Source of the DNA: an uncultured delta proteobacterium
GTDB lineage: Bacteria > Myxococcota > Kuafuiibacteriia > Kuafuiibacteriales > Kuafuiibacteriaceae
Reading direction: 5' to 3'
Assembly: GCA_963803435.1 (NCBI GenBank)
Contig: CAWDML010000002.1
Span: forward strand, 160,001 to 224,000
Length of the DNA stretch: 64,000 nucleotides
Position numbers and translations under genes: made by a program. The notes beneath the pieces are model-generated. The model saw only the letters and a program-made list of their open reading frames with translations. It had not been told where the DNA came from and searched no databases. Positions 51,502-61,247 of the stretch are shown one piece after another. Each line of letters opens with the position of its first letter. Position 1 is the stretch's first letter.

Positions 51502-52044
51502 TCATCCGGTCATGCGGAGGAGCTCGAGGACGGTCCTCCAGTTGCGGATGGTGCTGGTGGTCTCGAGCTTTGCGTCGAAGTACGCGTTGGTGAGCTTGCT
51601 CTTCCCCACGCCGTTCGGGAGGTGGAGATAGATCTCCCGGCCGCGGACGACGAACGCGTCGGGCGGCGAGCGGTCGGGATCGAGCGCGGCGGCGTTCTTC
51701 TTCGCCGGCGTGCTCGCGAGGAACGCGACGTGGAGGCGGTCAGGCTCGACCCCGCCCGCGAGGAACGGGTTGGCGCTTGCGACCTTCTTCAGCTCGGCCC
51801 CGCTCCTCAGGACCACCGGCACCCGAAGCCCGAAGCCGTCGAGGATCGCGGCCTCGATCAGCCCCGGCACGCGCCGGGCCGCGGCAGCCGGCGCGCGGAA
51901 GACGACGTTCCCGCTCTGGATGTACGTCCGCACCTCCGCTGCACCCGCCTCCGCGAAGAGCGCGGCCAGCGACTTCATCGGGAGCTTGTTCTTGCCTCCG
52001 ACGTTGATCCCGCGAAGCAACGCCACGTATGAGGAGCCCGGCAC
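51502..52044 (-). CDS. DUF1697 family protein
   Basis: YVALLRGINVGG, VRTYIQSGNVVF, T.RNWRT. Confidence 0.92.
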   Translation of the reverse strand: MPGSSYVALLRGINVGGKNKLPMKSLAALFAEAGAAEVRTYIQSGNVVFRAPAAAARRVPGLIEAAILDGFGLRVPVVLRSGAELKKVASANPFLAGGVEPDRLHVAFLASTPAKKNAAALDPDRSPPDAFVVRGREIYLHLPNGVGKSKLTNAYFDAKLETTSTIRNWRTVLELLRMTG

Positions 52045-52069
52045 GGCGCGATGGTAGCCCAGGAGGACG

Positions 52070-52456
52070 TCAGGTGTGGGGCTCGTGCTCGTACTTCATC
52101 GCGCCCACCCGATTACCCTCGGGATCGTCGAAGTAGATGAGATCGCCGACGGTCGGGATGTTCGACTTCTCCATGGTGATGGTTCCGCCGTGCTCGACGA
52201 CCGCGCGGGCGATCGCGTCGACGTCGGCGACGGCGATGGTGCACTCGTAGCAGTTGGGCCCGTCCTTTCCGCGGGGACTGCGGCGCTGTTGCAGGAGACC
52301 TTGCACGCCGGGGCTCGCCTCGTCGCCGGTGTGGATGAGGTAGAAGTCGGGCGGGCCCCACGGCTCGAAGGCCCAGCCGAAGACCGCCTCGTAGAAGCGG
52401 CGGGCGCGCTGGACGTCGTCGGCGTGGATGGCGAAGCTGGCGAGATTGTTGGGCAT
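52070..52456 (-). CDS. VOC/glyoxalase family protein
   Basis: FAIHADDVQRARRFYEAVFGW, VADVD, F.DPEGN. Confidence 0.9.
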   Translation of the reverse strand: MPNNLASFAIHADDVQRARRFYEAVFGWAFEPWGPPDFYLIHTGDEASPGVQGLLQQRRSPRGKDGPNCYECTIAVADVDAIARAVVEHGGTITMEKSNIPTVGDLIYFDDPEGNRVGAMKYEHEPHT

Positions 52457-52513
52457 GCGCGGCAGGCTAGCGCGCCGGGACCGCGTGTCGCAATTACGAT
52501 ATCTTGACATTGT

Positions 52514-53287
52514 ATGTCGCGAAAACGTCATACGGCGGCGGACGAGCCGTACTTCCTGATCCGCTCGCTGGCGGCCCGCGTCGCCGGCGGCCGCAGCATC
52601 GAGCGCCACGCCCATCCCTGGCATCAGCTCATCTACGCGTCCGCCGGGATCATGACGGTCTGGACCGAGCGCGGCACGTGGGTGGCGCCGGCGCAGTGGG
52701 CGATCTGGGCCCCGGCTGGCATCGAGCACTCGATCCGATTCACCGGCGACTCCCTCCTGCGCACGCTCTATCTGCGAAGCGACGACGGCGGGCTCCCCAT
52801 CGAGTGCTCGGTCATCGGCGTCTCCCCGCTCCTGCGCGAGCTGATCCTTCGGACGGTCGAGATCGGGATGCTCGATCGACGCGTCCGGATCCACGCGTCG
52901 ATGGCCGCGCTCATCGCCGACGAGCTGTGCCGGGAGGACGCACCGCCGCTCGATCTCCCGCTCCCCGCGAGCGGGCCGCTGCGGCGGATCGCCGAGCACC
53001 TCTCCGATCACCCCGACGAAGCCGAGGGCAGCGCCGCCCTGGCCGCGCGCTTCGGCCTCGGCGTCCGCACGCTCGAGCGAAGGTTCGCCGCCGAGACCGG
53101 CGTGCCCCTGGGCCGGTGGCGCCGGCAGGCGCGCTTCTTCCACGCGTTGCGATTGCTCGCGGCCGGCACTCCGGTGAAGCGTGTGGCCGCCGAGAGCGGC
53201 TACCGCAGCACCAGCGCGTTCGTGGCGGCGTTCCGGGGCACCTTCGGTACCACCCCGGCGCGCTATTTTTCCGGCCCGGCGCTGTAA
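52514..53287 (+). CDS. AraC-family transcriptional regulator
   Basis: HAHPWHQLIYA cupin; RTLERRF..ETG, GY.S.SAF..AFR..FG.TP..Y. Confidence 0.92.
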   Translation: MSRKRHTAADEPYFLIRSLAARVAGGRSIERHAHPWHQLIYASAGIMTVWTERGTWVAPAQWAIWAPAGIEHSIRFTGDSLLRTLYLRSDDGGLPIECSVIGVSPLLRELILRTVEIGMLDRRVRIHASMAALIADELCREDAPPLDLPLPASGPLRRIAEHLSDHPDEAEGSAALAARFGLGVRTLERRFAAETGVPLGRWRRQARFFHALRLLAAGTPVKRVAAESGYRSTSAFVAAFRGTFGTTPARYFSGPAL

Positions 53288-53322
53288 TGTTCGGCGGCCC
53301 GGGGACCTGTACCGTCGAACCC

Positions 53323-53643
53323 ATGACGCTCCCCGAGATCACCGATGCCACCTACGAGCGGGAGACCGCGTCCGACCTGCCCGTACTCCTCGACTTCAGC
53401 GCGCCCTGGTGTCCACCCTGCCGGGCGCTCGAGCCGCACCTGGCCGCGGTGGCGGAGCAGTACGGGGGCCGTCTGGTGGTGGCCAAGGTGGACGCCGATC
53501 AGAACCCCGAGGTGGTGGAGCGGTTCAGCGTCCGCAGCTTGCCGACGCTCATCCTGATCCGGCAGCGTCGGGTGGTGGGGCAGATCGTCGGCGCCGTCCC
53601 GCGGACGCGGATCGAGGCGCTGGTGGAGCCGCATCTGGGTTGA
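53323..53643 (+). CDS. thioredoxin
   Basis: LDFSAPWCPPC, KVDAD, SLPTL. Confidence 0.92.
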   Translation: MTLPEITDATYERETASDLPVLLDFSAPWCPPCRALEPHLAAVAEQYGGRLVVAKVDADQNPEVVERFSVRSLPTLILIRQRRVVGQIVGAVPRTRIEALVEPHLG

Positions 53644-53645
53644 CG

Positions 53646-54146
53646 ATGGACCTCCTCGCGGCCGTCTCGGAGTCCTATCGCGCCCGCCTGCGCGCGCTGG
53701 CGCAGGCGCAGGGCCTCGGTCCCGACGACGCCAACGACGCCGTCCAGGAGGCGTTCTCCCGGTTCCTCGAGCTGGGCGCCGCGCGCCGCGTGTCCACGCT
53801 CGACGAGACGCGCGCGTACCTGGCCGTGGTGGTGACCAACGCCGCCCGGAACATGCGGCGGCGCCACCACCGGAGGAAGGCGCACGTGACCTTCGATCCG
53901 ACGTTCTCGCTCGCCGATCCGAACCCGCTCCCCGACGAGCAGCTCGACGCGGAGGCGCGCCTCTCCAAGCTGCGCGCCTGCATCGACACGCTCGAAGAGG
54001 TGCCCCGCCGCGTGGTCTCCCTCCGGGTGATCGGGGAGCTCTCCGGTTCGGAGGTCGCGAAGAGCCTCGACCTCACGCCCAATCACGTCGCGGTGGTGCT
54101 CCACCGTGCGAAGAAGGACCTCTTCCGCTGCGTGGTCTGTCCCTGA
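53646..54146 (+). CDS. ECF RNA polymerase sigma factor
   Basis: DANDAVQEAF, N.ARN.RR (region 2); SGSEVAKSL...V.V.LHRAK (region 4); ends RCVVCP. Confidence 0.85.
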   Translation: MDLLAAVSESYRARLRALAQAQGLGPDDANDAVQEAFSRFLELGAARRVSTLDETRAYLAVVVTNAARNMRRRHHRRKAHVTFDPTFSLADPNPLPDEQLDAEARLSKLRACIDTLEEVPRRVVSLRVIGELSGSEVAKSLDLTPNHVAVVLHRAKKDLFRCVVCP

Positions 54147-54168
54147 CGGATGCGCTACATACCGCCCG

Positions 54169-55242
54169 ATGCTCTTCGACCCGCTCGTCGCTGGAGATCT
54201 CCAGCTCCCCAATCGGATCTTCATGGCCCCGCTCACCCGCGCCCGGGCCGGCGCCGAACGGATGCCGAACGCGCTGATGGCCGAGTACTACGCGCAGCGC
54301 GCGACGGCCGGGTTGATCGTGTCCGAGGCGACGTCGGTCTCCCCGATGGGCGTCGGCTATGCGGACACGCCCGGGATCTGGTCCCAGGCGCAGGCGGACG
54401 GCTGGAAGGCGGTGACCCGCGCCGTTCACGAGGCAGGCGGGCGGATCCTGCTGCAGCTCTGGCACGTCGGGCGGATCTCGCACCCGATGTACCTCGACGG
54501 GGCGCTGCCGATCGCGCCCAGCGCCATCGCGCCGGAGGGGCGGGTCAGCCTGGTGCGACCGCACACCGCCTACGTCACGCCGCGGGCGCTGGCGCGCGAG
54601 GAGATCGCGGGCGTGATCGAGGAGTATCGGCTCGCCGCGTCGCGCGGGCTGGACGCCGGGTTCGACGGCGTCGAGCTCCACGGGGCGAACGGCTACCTCC
54701 TGGATCAGTTTCTCCAGGACGGATCGAACGTCCGCACCGACGACTACGGCGGCAGCGTCGAGAACCGCGCGCGGCTCCTGCTGGAGGTGACCGATGCGGC
54801 GATCTCGGTGTGGGGGAGCGGTCGGGTCGCCGTGCACCTGGCGCCGCGGGCCGACGCGCATTCGATGGGCGACTCCGATCGCGCAGCGACGTTCGGCCAC
54901 GTGGCCGCCGAGCTGGGGCGCCGCCGGATCGCCTTCATCTGCGCGCGCGAGCATCTCGGGACGGACCGGCTGGGGCCGGCGCTGAAACGCGCATTCGGCG
55001 GGGTGTTCGTGGCCAACGAGGGCTTCACGCAGGGAGCGGCGGAGCAGGTGCTGGCGGCCGGCGAGGCCGACGCCGTGGCGTTCGGCAAGCTGTTCATCGC
55101 CAACCCCGATCTGGTGGCGCGCTTCCGCGCCCACGGTCCGCTCAACGAGCCCGTCTCCGCGACCTTTTATCGCGGCGGGCCGGAGGGCTACACCGACTAC
55201 CCGCGTTGGAATGGACGAGCCAACGCCGCGCCCGAGGGCTAG
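54169..55242 (+). CDS. alkene reductase (old yellow enzyme, NemA-like)
   Basis: MAPLTR.RA, YYAQRA, QLWHVGRISH, HGANGYLLDQF, FIANPDL, GYTDYP. Confidence 0.95.
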   Translation: MLFDPLVAGDLQLPNRIFMAPLTRARAGAERMPNALMAEYYAQRATAGLIVSEATSVSPMGVGYADTPGIWSQAQADGWKAVTRAVHEAGGRILLQLWHVGRISHPMYLDGALPIAPSAIAPEGRVSLVRPHTAYVTPRALAREEIAGVIEEYRLAASRGLDAGFDGVELHGANGYLLDQFLQDGSNVRTDDYGGSVENRARLLLEVTDAAISVWGSGRVAVHLAPRADAHSMGDSDRAATFGHVAAELGRRRIAFICAREHLGTDRLGPALKRAFGGVFVANEGFTQGAAEQVLAAGEADAVAFGKLFIANPDLVARFRAHGPLNEPVSATFYRGGPEGYTDYPRWNGRANAAPEG

Positions 55243-55251
55243 AGTCTGGTG

Positions 55252-56277
55252 GTGCGCGACGCCGTGCTGTCCGTGACCTCGCCGCTCGAGTTCGTCTGGG
55301 AGACGCTCGATCCGTTCCTGTTCTGCGTCCATCACGAGGACGCGTATCCGGCGGGGAACGCAGCGCTCGGTCCGGCCGTGACGCTCGCGGGCCGCGATCT
55401 CGGCCAGGACTTCGCGGGCAAGGACGGCTGGCGCATGTACCACGGCGACGTCGTCCCCGGATTTCCTCAGCACCCGCACCGCGGCTTCGAGACGATCACG
55501 GTGGTGCGGCGGGGGCTCGTCGATCACTTCGACTCGCTCGGCGCGGTCGCGCGCTACGGAGAGGGCGACGTCCAGTGGATGACCGCAGGGAGCGGCATCG
55601 TGCACTCGGAGATGTTCCCGCTGGTGCACCGCGATCGCCCGAACCCGACCGAGCTGTTCCAGATCTGGCTGAACCTTCCGCGCCGCAACAAGCTGGTCCC
55701 GCCGCACTTCTCTATGTTCTGGAGTCACACGCTGCCGCGGCACACGTTCCGCGATGACGCCGGCCGCGCGACCGAGGTCTGCCTGATCGCCGGCTCGCTG
55801 CCGGGCGTGCCCGAGCCGCCGCGGCCGCCGCCGAGCTCGTGGGCCGCGAACCCGGAGGCGAACGTCGCCATCTGGACGGTGAAGCTGGCGCCGCACGCCG
55901 AGTGGACCCTGCCGCCGGCGCCGCCGCGATCGAACCGCATGCTCTATCTCTTCGCGGGCGACGGCGTGCGCATCGCCGGCCAGCCCGTGACGCCGCCGTC
56001 GGGGGTGCGCCTCCATCCGGAGGCCGAGGTGCCGATCGTGAACGGCGGAGAGGATTGCGAGCTCCTCCTCCTGCAGGGCCGCCCGCTCGACGAGCCGGTC
56101 GCGCACTACGGACCGTTCGTGATGACCACGCGCGCCGAGCTCGAGCAGGCGTTCGACGACTACCGCCGGACCGGGTTCGGCGGATGGCCTTGGCCGAGCG
56201 ACGCCCCGGTGCACCCCGGGGAGCAGGGTCGCTTCGCCGTCGAGATCGACGGGCGTGAGTCCACACCGGGGGGCTGA
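55252..56277 (+). CDS. pirin family protein
   Basis: DPFLFCVHH, HPHRGFETIT, QWMTAG.GI.HSE, QIWLNLP, GPFVM. Confidence 0.95.
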   Translation: MRDAVLSVTSPLEFVWETLDPFLFCVHHEDAYPAGNAALGPAVTLAGRDLGQDFAGKDGWRMYHGDVVPGFPQHPHRGFETITVVRRGLVDHFDSLGAVARYGEGDVQWMTAGSGIVHSEMFPLVHRDRPNPTELFQIWLNLPRRNKLVPPHFSMFWSHTLPRHTFRDDAGRATEVCLIAGSLPGVPEPPRPPPSSWAANPEANVAIWTVKLAPHAEWTLPPAPPRSNRMLYLFAGDGVRIAGQPVTPPSGVRLHPEAEVPIVNGGEDCELLLLQGRPLDEPVAHYGPFVMTTRAELEQAFDDYRRTGFGGWPWPSDAPVHPGEQGRFAVEIDGRESTPGG

Positions 56278-56807
56278 TGCTCTTTCCCTTCGCCAAGATC
56301 CGCTGGGTCAAGAGCGTGACCATGGACGGCGAGTATCTGGCGTACGGCGGTGAGGATCCGACCTCGCTCGCCCGGGAGCCGCGCCGCGCCGGCGACGCCT
56401 TCGACCTGCACGCGACGCCCGAGGATGCTGACAGCCTCGGCGATCCGGCCGTCGGCGACCTCATCGTCCTCACCCAGCACGATCAGGTGACCCACCTGGT
56501 GGAGGTTCAGGGCGAGCGCACCGAGCCGCGACCGAAGAAGACCATCCGCCGCGGCACGCGGGATGCGCGCTTCTCGATCCAGCGCCGGTGCGTGGCGCGC
56601 CTGATGCTCGGCTTCGAGCGGGCACCGTTCATCGAGCGCGCGTTCGGCTTCGATCCGCACGCGGCCGGCGGAGAGGTCTTCGAGATCACCGCGCTCCCGG
56701 CCTTCGAGCGGGCGCAGCAGCCGTTGTGGATGGTCCAGCGGCGCATCCATCACGCGATGACCTCCGCCGAACGCATGAGCCGGGTGGAGCGATTTCGGCC
56801 GGGTTGA
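56277..56807 (+). CDS. hypothetical protein
   Basis: TGATG coupling to pirin; GDLIVLTQ..VTHLVEV. Confidence 0.65.
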   Translation: MLFPFAKIRWVKSVTMDGEYLAYGGEDPTSLAREPRRAGDAFDLHATPEDADSLGDPAVGDLIVLTQHDQVTHLVEVQGERTEPRPKKTIRRGTRDARFSIQRRCVARLMLGFERAPFIERAFGFDPHAAGGEVFEITALPAFERAQQPLWMVQRRIHHAMTSAERMSRVERFRPG

Positions 56808-56822
56808 CCGAGGCTGACCTCG

Positions 56823-57569
56823 TCAGCGCAGCCCCAGCCGCGCCTTGAGCGCGGCCAGCGCGCGGCGGCTCACCCGGGCGCGCTGGCCGTCGTCCAGCTC
56901 GACCACGGTGCCGAGCTCCTCATGGTGCAGCGCGCGAACCTTCGCGAGGTTGATGAGCTCTCTGCGGTGGACGCGCAGGAAACCGAGCGGCTCGAGTCGC
57001 GCCTCCAGCTCGTGGAGGCTCTCGTCGAGGACGTACTCCTCTCCGTCATGGTGAATCAGCGTGTACTTGTCGGAGGCGTAGAGGCGCGAGAGCGCGGCGG
57101 CGTCGAGGAGATGGACCGTGCTCCCGCTCTTCGCCGCGATTCGCTCGGGGCGAGCGCCGATGATCCGCCCCACGGCGCGCGCGACGACCTCCTCCAGCGC
57201 CTTCGGCTGGAGGCTCGGCCCTTGCCGCAGGCGCACGCGTTCGAGCGCTTGCGCGAGCCGCGCCGGTTCCACCGGCTTGAGCAGGTAGTCGACCGCGGCC
57301 AGCTCGAAGGCGCGGACGGCGTGCTCGCGGTGTGCGGTCGTGAAGACGATCGGTGGCAGCGCGCCACCCTCCGCCACCAGGCTGAGCCCATCCAGGCCCG
57401 GCATCTGCACGTCCAGGAGGACGAGATCGGGGGCGAGCTCCGCGATCAGCGCGCGCGCCTCAACGCCGTCACCGGCCTGTCCCACCACCTCGACGCCCCG
57501 AATGCGCCCCAGCATGCGAGCGAGACGACGGCGCGCGAGCGGCTCGTCATCGACGATCAGGATCCGCAT
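56823..57569 (-). CDS. LytTR-family response regulator
   Basis: IVDDEPLAR, LDVQMP, DYLLKP, FLRVHRRELIN, VSRR. Confidence 0.95.
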   Translation of the reverse strand: MRILIVDDEPLARRRLARMLGRIRGVEVVGQAGDGVEARALIAELAPDLVLLDVQMPGLDGLSLVAEGGALPPIVFTTAHREHAVRAFELAAVDYLLKPVEPARLAQALERVRLRQGPSLQPKALEEVVARAVGRIIGARPERIAAKSGSTVHLLDAAALSRLYASDKYTLIHHDGEEYVLDESLHELEARLEPLGFLRVHRRELINLAKVRALHHEELGTVVELDDGQRARVSRRALAALKARLGLR

Positions 57570-58617
57570 CGGGCTCCCCTTCCTCGACCGGCAGTCGCAG
57601 CTCGATCCTGAATCCTCCCAGCGGCCCGCGACCGCTCGTCACCTCGGCGCGCGTGCCGTAGGCGAGGGCCAGCCGCTGCTCCAGGTCCGTTCGGCTGGTA
57701 CCCGCGCCGCGGTGCGCGGAGGCGCCGGGCCCCGGGCCGTCGTCCTCGACCGTGAGCTCGACGCTCGCCTCGACTCTCTTCGCGGTGACCACCACCCGCG
57801 CCGGGCCGGGCCGCGTCGACACGCCGTGCTGGATCGCGTTCTCCACCAGCGGTTGAAGGATGAAGGGTGGAACCGAGACCGAGCCGGCGTCCGGGTCGAG
57901 CGCCACCTGCGTCTCGAGCCGCGCACCGAACCGCAGGCGTGCGAACTCGAGATACGCCTCCACCGCGGCAATCTCCTCCGAGAGCGCCACCATCGCTCGG
58001 CGCTCGCTGTCGAGGGTGTATCGGAACAGGCCGGCCAGTCGTTCGACGGCGCGCTCCGCTCGCTCCGGATCCTCTCCGATCAGGGAGGCGACCGTGTTGA
58101 GACTGTTGAACAGAAAGTGCGGATCGGTGCGGGCCTGCAGCGCAGCGAGCTGGCTCTTGAGCAGCTCGCGCTCCCTCTGGGTCTCGCGCAGATCGAGCTC
58201 CTCGGCCCGCCGCTTCAAGCGCTCCCTCGAGGCGCCGATCGCCATCATCGCGATCGTGGCCGCCAGCGCCACCGGCAGCACTCCGAACCGCGGGAAGTCG
58301 CTCGACGCCTGCGGAAACAGGGACCGCGCGAGCCACAGCGAGCCCTCCACGCCGACGAGGATCCCGACGCATACCACCGGAGTCTGGAGCAGAATCCGCG
58401 CGAGCGGCCGCCTGCGCTCGAGCCCGAGCCGGGAGAGCACCAGCGCGTCGAGCGCCTGGATCGCGGTCCCGATGCCGAAGCAAATCATCAGGTCGATCAC
58501 GAAGCGGACGCTGAGCGACTCGAAGGCGAAGTCGCCCGCGGTCGTGGCGAGCATCGCCGTCAACAGCATCGACAGCAGGAGATAGGCGAAGGTGTCCTCG
58601 CGCAGCCGAGCGAGCAT
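57547..58617 (-). CDS. LytS/YehU-type sensor histidine kinase
   Basis: TM helices, LQARTDPHFLFNSLNT, LQPLVENAIQHG, VEDDGPG. Confidence 0.92.
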   Translation of the reverse strand: MLARLREDTFAYLLLSMLLTAMLATTAGDFAFESLSVRFVIDLMICFGIGTAIQALDALVLSRLGLERRRPLARILLQTPVVCVGILVGVEGSLWLARSLFPQASSDFPRFGVLPVALAATIAMMAIGASRERLKRRAEELDLRETQRERELLKSQLAALQARTDPHFLFNSLNTVASLIGEDPERAERAVERLAGLFRYTLDSERRAMVALSEEIAAVEAYLEFARLRFGARLETQVALDPDAGSVSVPPFILQPLVENAIQHGVSTRPGPARVVVTAKRVEASVELTVEDDGPGPGASAHRGAGTSRTDLEQRLALAYGTRAEVTSGRGPLGGFRIELRLPVEEGEPDADPDRR

Positions 58618-59327
58618 CAACCGCCCTCTCCGAGGCGGCGCCGCATGGCGCGCGTCCACCACGCGAAGCTCGGCACGGCAATCAGGGACGGCGCGATCCA
58701 GGGCACGAACGCGAGCGAGGGTGGCAACCAGGATCCGACCGTGCGTCCCATCGCCACCACCAGGAACGCCGTGAGCGCGGTGATGCAGGCGATCATCATG
58801 GCGCGCATGTGTTGATACCACCACGCCCGCGGACTGGACAGCGGCCGTAGCACGAAGCGAAGGTCCGCGATCGCGTTCCCGATCTCGATCGCCGCGAAGA
58901 GCACCCACAAGCCGCGCCCGCGCGTGAGGCCGAGGGCTCCGGTCGCCACTCCGGCGACCGCCAGCACGAGCGGCAGACCCACGTCGATGAGCGACGGCTG
59001 CGGGGCCGCCGATCGCTTGCGCGCGAAGGCCCGGAGCCCGCTCCACAGCGCCGCCGTCGTCAACAACGACAAGGTGCCGAGAAACGCGGCGCTCGCCTGC
59101 AACGCCTCCGGTGATTCGCCGGGCTTGAAGACCTCCGGCCAGCCGAGCCAGAGCACGGTCATGACCAGCCCGGTCGCCGACGAGATCGTCATGCCCGACA
59201 CGAAGATCCACCCGGCCCGTCGATGGATCCGCCCGCCTTTCTTGGAGAGCAGCGGGACCGCGAGCGAGGCCAGGCCGAGCCCGCCGCCCAAGATGTGCAA
59301 GCCGCGAAGGAGAAGGTATCCAGCCAT
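58617..59327 (-). CDS. DUF2306-like membrane protein
   Basis: HILGG..KKGGRIHRRAG, WWYQHM..M..I..LTAF. Confidence 0.7.
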   Translation of the reverse strand: MAGYLLLRGLHILGGGLGLASLAVPLLSKKGGRIHRRAGWIFVSGMTISSATGLVMTVLWLGWPEVFKPGESPEALQASAAFLGTLSLLTTAALWSGLRAFARKRSAAPQPSLIDVGLPLVLAVAGVATGALGLTRGRGLWVLFAAIEIGNAIADLRFVLRPLSSPRAWWYQHMRAMMIACITALTAFLVVAMGRTVGSWLPPSLAFVPWIAPSLIAVPSFAWWTRAMRRRLGEGG

Positions 59328-59474
59328 GCGCCGACGCTGGCTCGAATGACCGGGCCGGCGGTGCCGTCCGACGAGCGGGGCCGAACCCGCGACGAGCGGC
59401 GTCTCATCTGGAGGACGCGCCCGCCGAACGGATGACCCTGGTCGAGCGATTTCGCCCGTGCTAGCCCGCGAGCG

Positions 59475-60347
59475 ATGGAGTCTCTGGAAGCGTACGACTG
59501 GATTCGATTGGCCGAGCAGACGAGGGCGCAGCTCGTCGAGGCTCGCGGGAAGCTCGACGGATCCGCGGGTCACGAGCGTGAGCTGCGATGGCTGGACGAG
59601 GCGGCGGCGCTGGCGTCGGGCGATCCCGAGGTGCGCGCGGATCTCGTCGCACGGGCTCGCCGCCTCCCGGAGCTCGCCACCGTGCGGGACGAGCACGCGT
59701 CCGATCTGATCGGACCCTGGGCCGACGCGATCGAGCGGCTCCACGCCGGGATCGTCTTTCACGCGGGGGTGCGCTCCCCGATCATCGAGGCTCTCTTTCC
59801 GCACCGAAAGTTCGATCAGCTCCGCCGCTCGAACCTCGACAACGCGCGGGCGTACGGCGTCGAGCTCCAGCGACGGCTCGCGTCCTCGTACCTCGATCGC
59901 CTGCTGGCGCGGGAGGAGTTCGCCTTCGCTCGGCCCACCGTCGAGGAGGTGAGCGCACGCTACGCGTCGATCGCGGACTCGAGCGAGGACGCCCCTGCAC
60001 CCGAAGAGGCGGAGGCGCTCCTGTCGGCGCTGGCCGCGGAGGCGGAGAGCGTCCGGCGCGCGCTCGCGCAGGCGCGGCTCCTGGCCGAGGCCGCGCTCGT
60101 GCCGGTGGCGGGCGCCTTTGCCGAGCTCGGCCTCAAGAGCAAGCCGAAGGCCCGCGCCGCGGCGAAGGCGAAGAAGATCGCCGAGGTGGAGGCGAAGCCG
60201 GAGGTGGCGCCGGCACCGGTGCCGGAGGCGCCCGTCGCGAAGAAGCGGGCGAAGGCCAAGGCGGCGCCGCCGGCGAAGGCGCAGAAGCCGGCCAAGGCGG
60301 CGAAGAAGCCGCGCCGGTCCGACCGGAAGCCCGAGGCCTCGGCGTAG
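59475..60347 (+). CDS. hypothetical protein with Lys/Ala/Pro-rich C-terminal tail
   Basis: Helical body, tail KPKARAAAKAKK..PAKAAKKP. Confidence 0.7.
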   Translation: MESLEAYDWIRLAEQTRAQLVEARGKLDGSAGHERELRWLDEAAALASGDPEVRADLVARARRLPELATVRDEHASDLIGPWADAIERLHAGIVFHAGVRSPIIEALFPHRKFDQLRRSNLDNARAYGVELQRRLASSYLDRLLAREEFAFARPTVEEVSARYASIADSSEDAPAPEEAEALLSALAAEAESVRRALAQARLLAEAALVPVAGAFAELGLKSKPKARAAAKAKKIAEVEAKPEVAPAPVPEAPVAKKRAKAKAAPPAKAQKPAKAAKKPRRSDRKPEASA

Positions 60348-60353
60348 CGGGGC

Positions 60354-60423
60354 CTAGGAGCGTGTAGCGCGTAAGCGCTCACGCGACCCCGGTCCGGGTC
60401 CCGGTCCCGGTCCGGGTCCCGAT
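60354..60423. repeat. left inverted-repeat arm
   Basis: CTAGGAGCGTGTAGCGCGTAAGCGCTCACGCGACCCC then about five GGTCC(C/G) units, then GAT. Confidence 0.9.
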
Positions 60424-60432
60424 CTGAAGATG

Positions 60433-61247
60433 GCTGCCTTCAAGATCCTGCTGTCTGAGTCGGTGAAGTTCCTCTGAGCGTGGGGCCTCGGTGTGCCGTC
60501 CACATTTGCAGGAACGCGATGATGCGGCCATCCATCATTTCGTTCAGTTGGGTCTGGGGATGGTTCGAGCTGGTCAGCCTGCGCTCTTGCCTTCTCGGCT
60601 CCAGCGCAGCCTTCGCTTCTCGAATGCGGGCAAGGCGGGATTCACGGCGAGCGAGCTCCGCTGGGATGTCCTCCTTCAGTCTCTTCAACGCCCAGCCGCT
60701 CGTCTTCCTCTTGGTCGATCGTGCGCGCTCGCTCCAGCAGTTCTTCGATCTCGAGAGACAGCCGCTTCTCCTCCTCGGCCATCCGCTCGTAGGTCATCGC
60801 CTTGTGCTTGCTCGCGTTCGCCTGCACCTTCGAGCCATCGAGTGCGACGTCCGAGCCGCACCAAACCTGCTTTTTGGCAAAGCTTCAGGACTTCGAGGAA
60901 GAGCGCTTTCAGTGCCTCCAGGTGGACGAGCCGAAACTCGTTGATCGTCGTGAAGTGGGGATGACTTTCTCCAGCCAGCACCCGGAATGGAATGTCTTCG
61001 TAGGTCGCCCGCGCGATCCTCCGCGACGAATAGATGCCGGTGCAGTAGGCGTACAGAAGCAGCGCGATCATCATTCGAGGCGAGTACGGTCCTTGGACTG
61101 GATCGAGATCTCGATCGCGCTCAGCTCTACCTCATCGACGACGTCCAAGACGAAGTACGCGAGATGATTTTCTGGGAGCCACTCGAGAGGGGACGGCGGG
61201 AGCAAGAACGATTGTCTCGGAGTCCAAGAACGGTATTGCTTCGCCAC
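60433..61247 (-). pseudogene. IS1182-family transposase remnant
   Basis: QSFLLPPSPLEWLPENHLAYF, YSPRMMIALLLYAYCTGIYSSRRI, ALDGSKVQANASKHKAM.Y, AQRNFTDSDSRILK across frameshifts; C-terminal half absent. Confidence 0.88.

Noticed and set aside
60130-60347. Lys/Ala/Pro repeats suggesting a histone H1-like protein
   Set aside because: Low-complexity tail only; common in GC-rich bacteria, no independent support.
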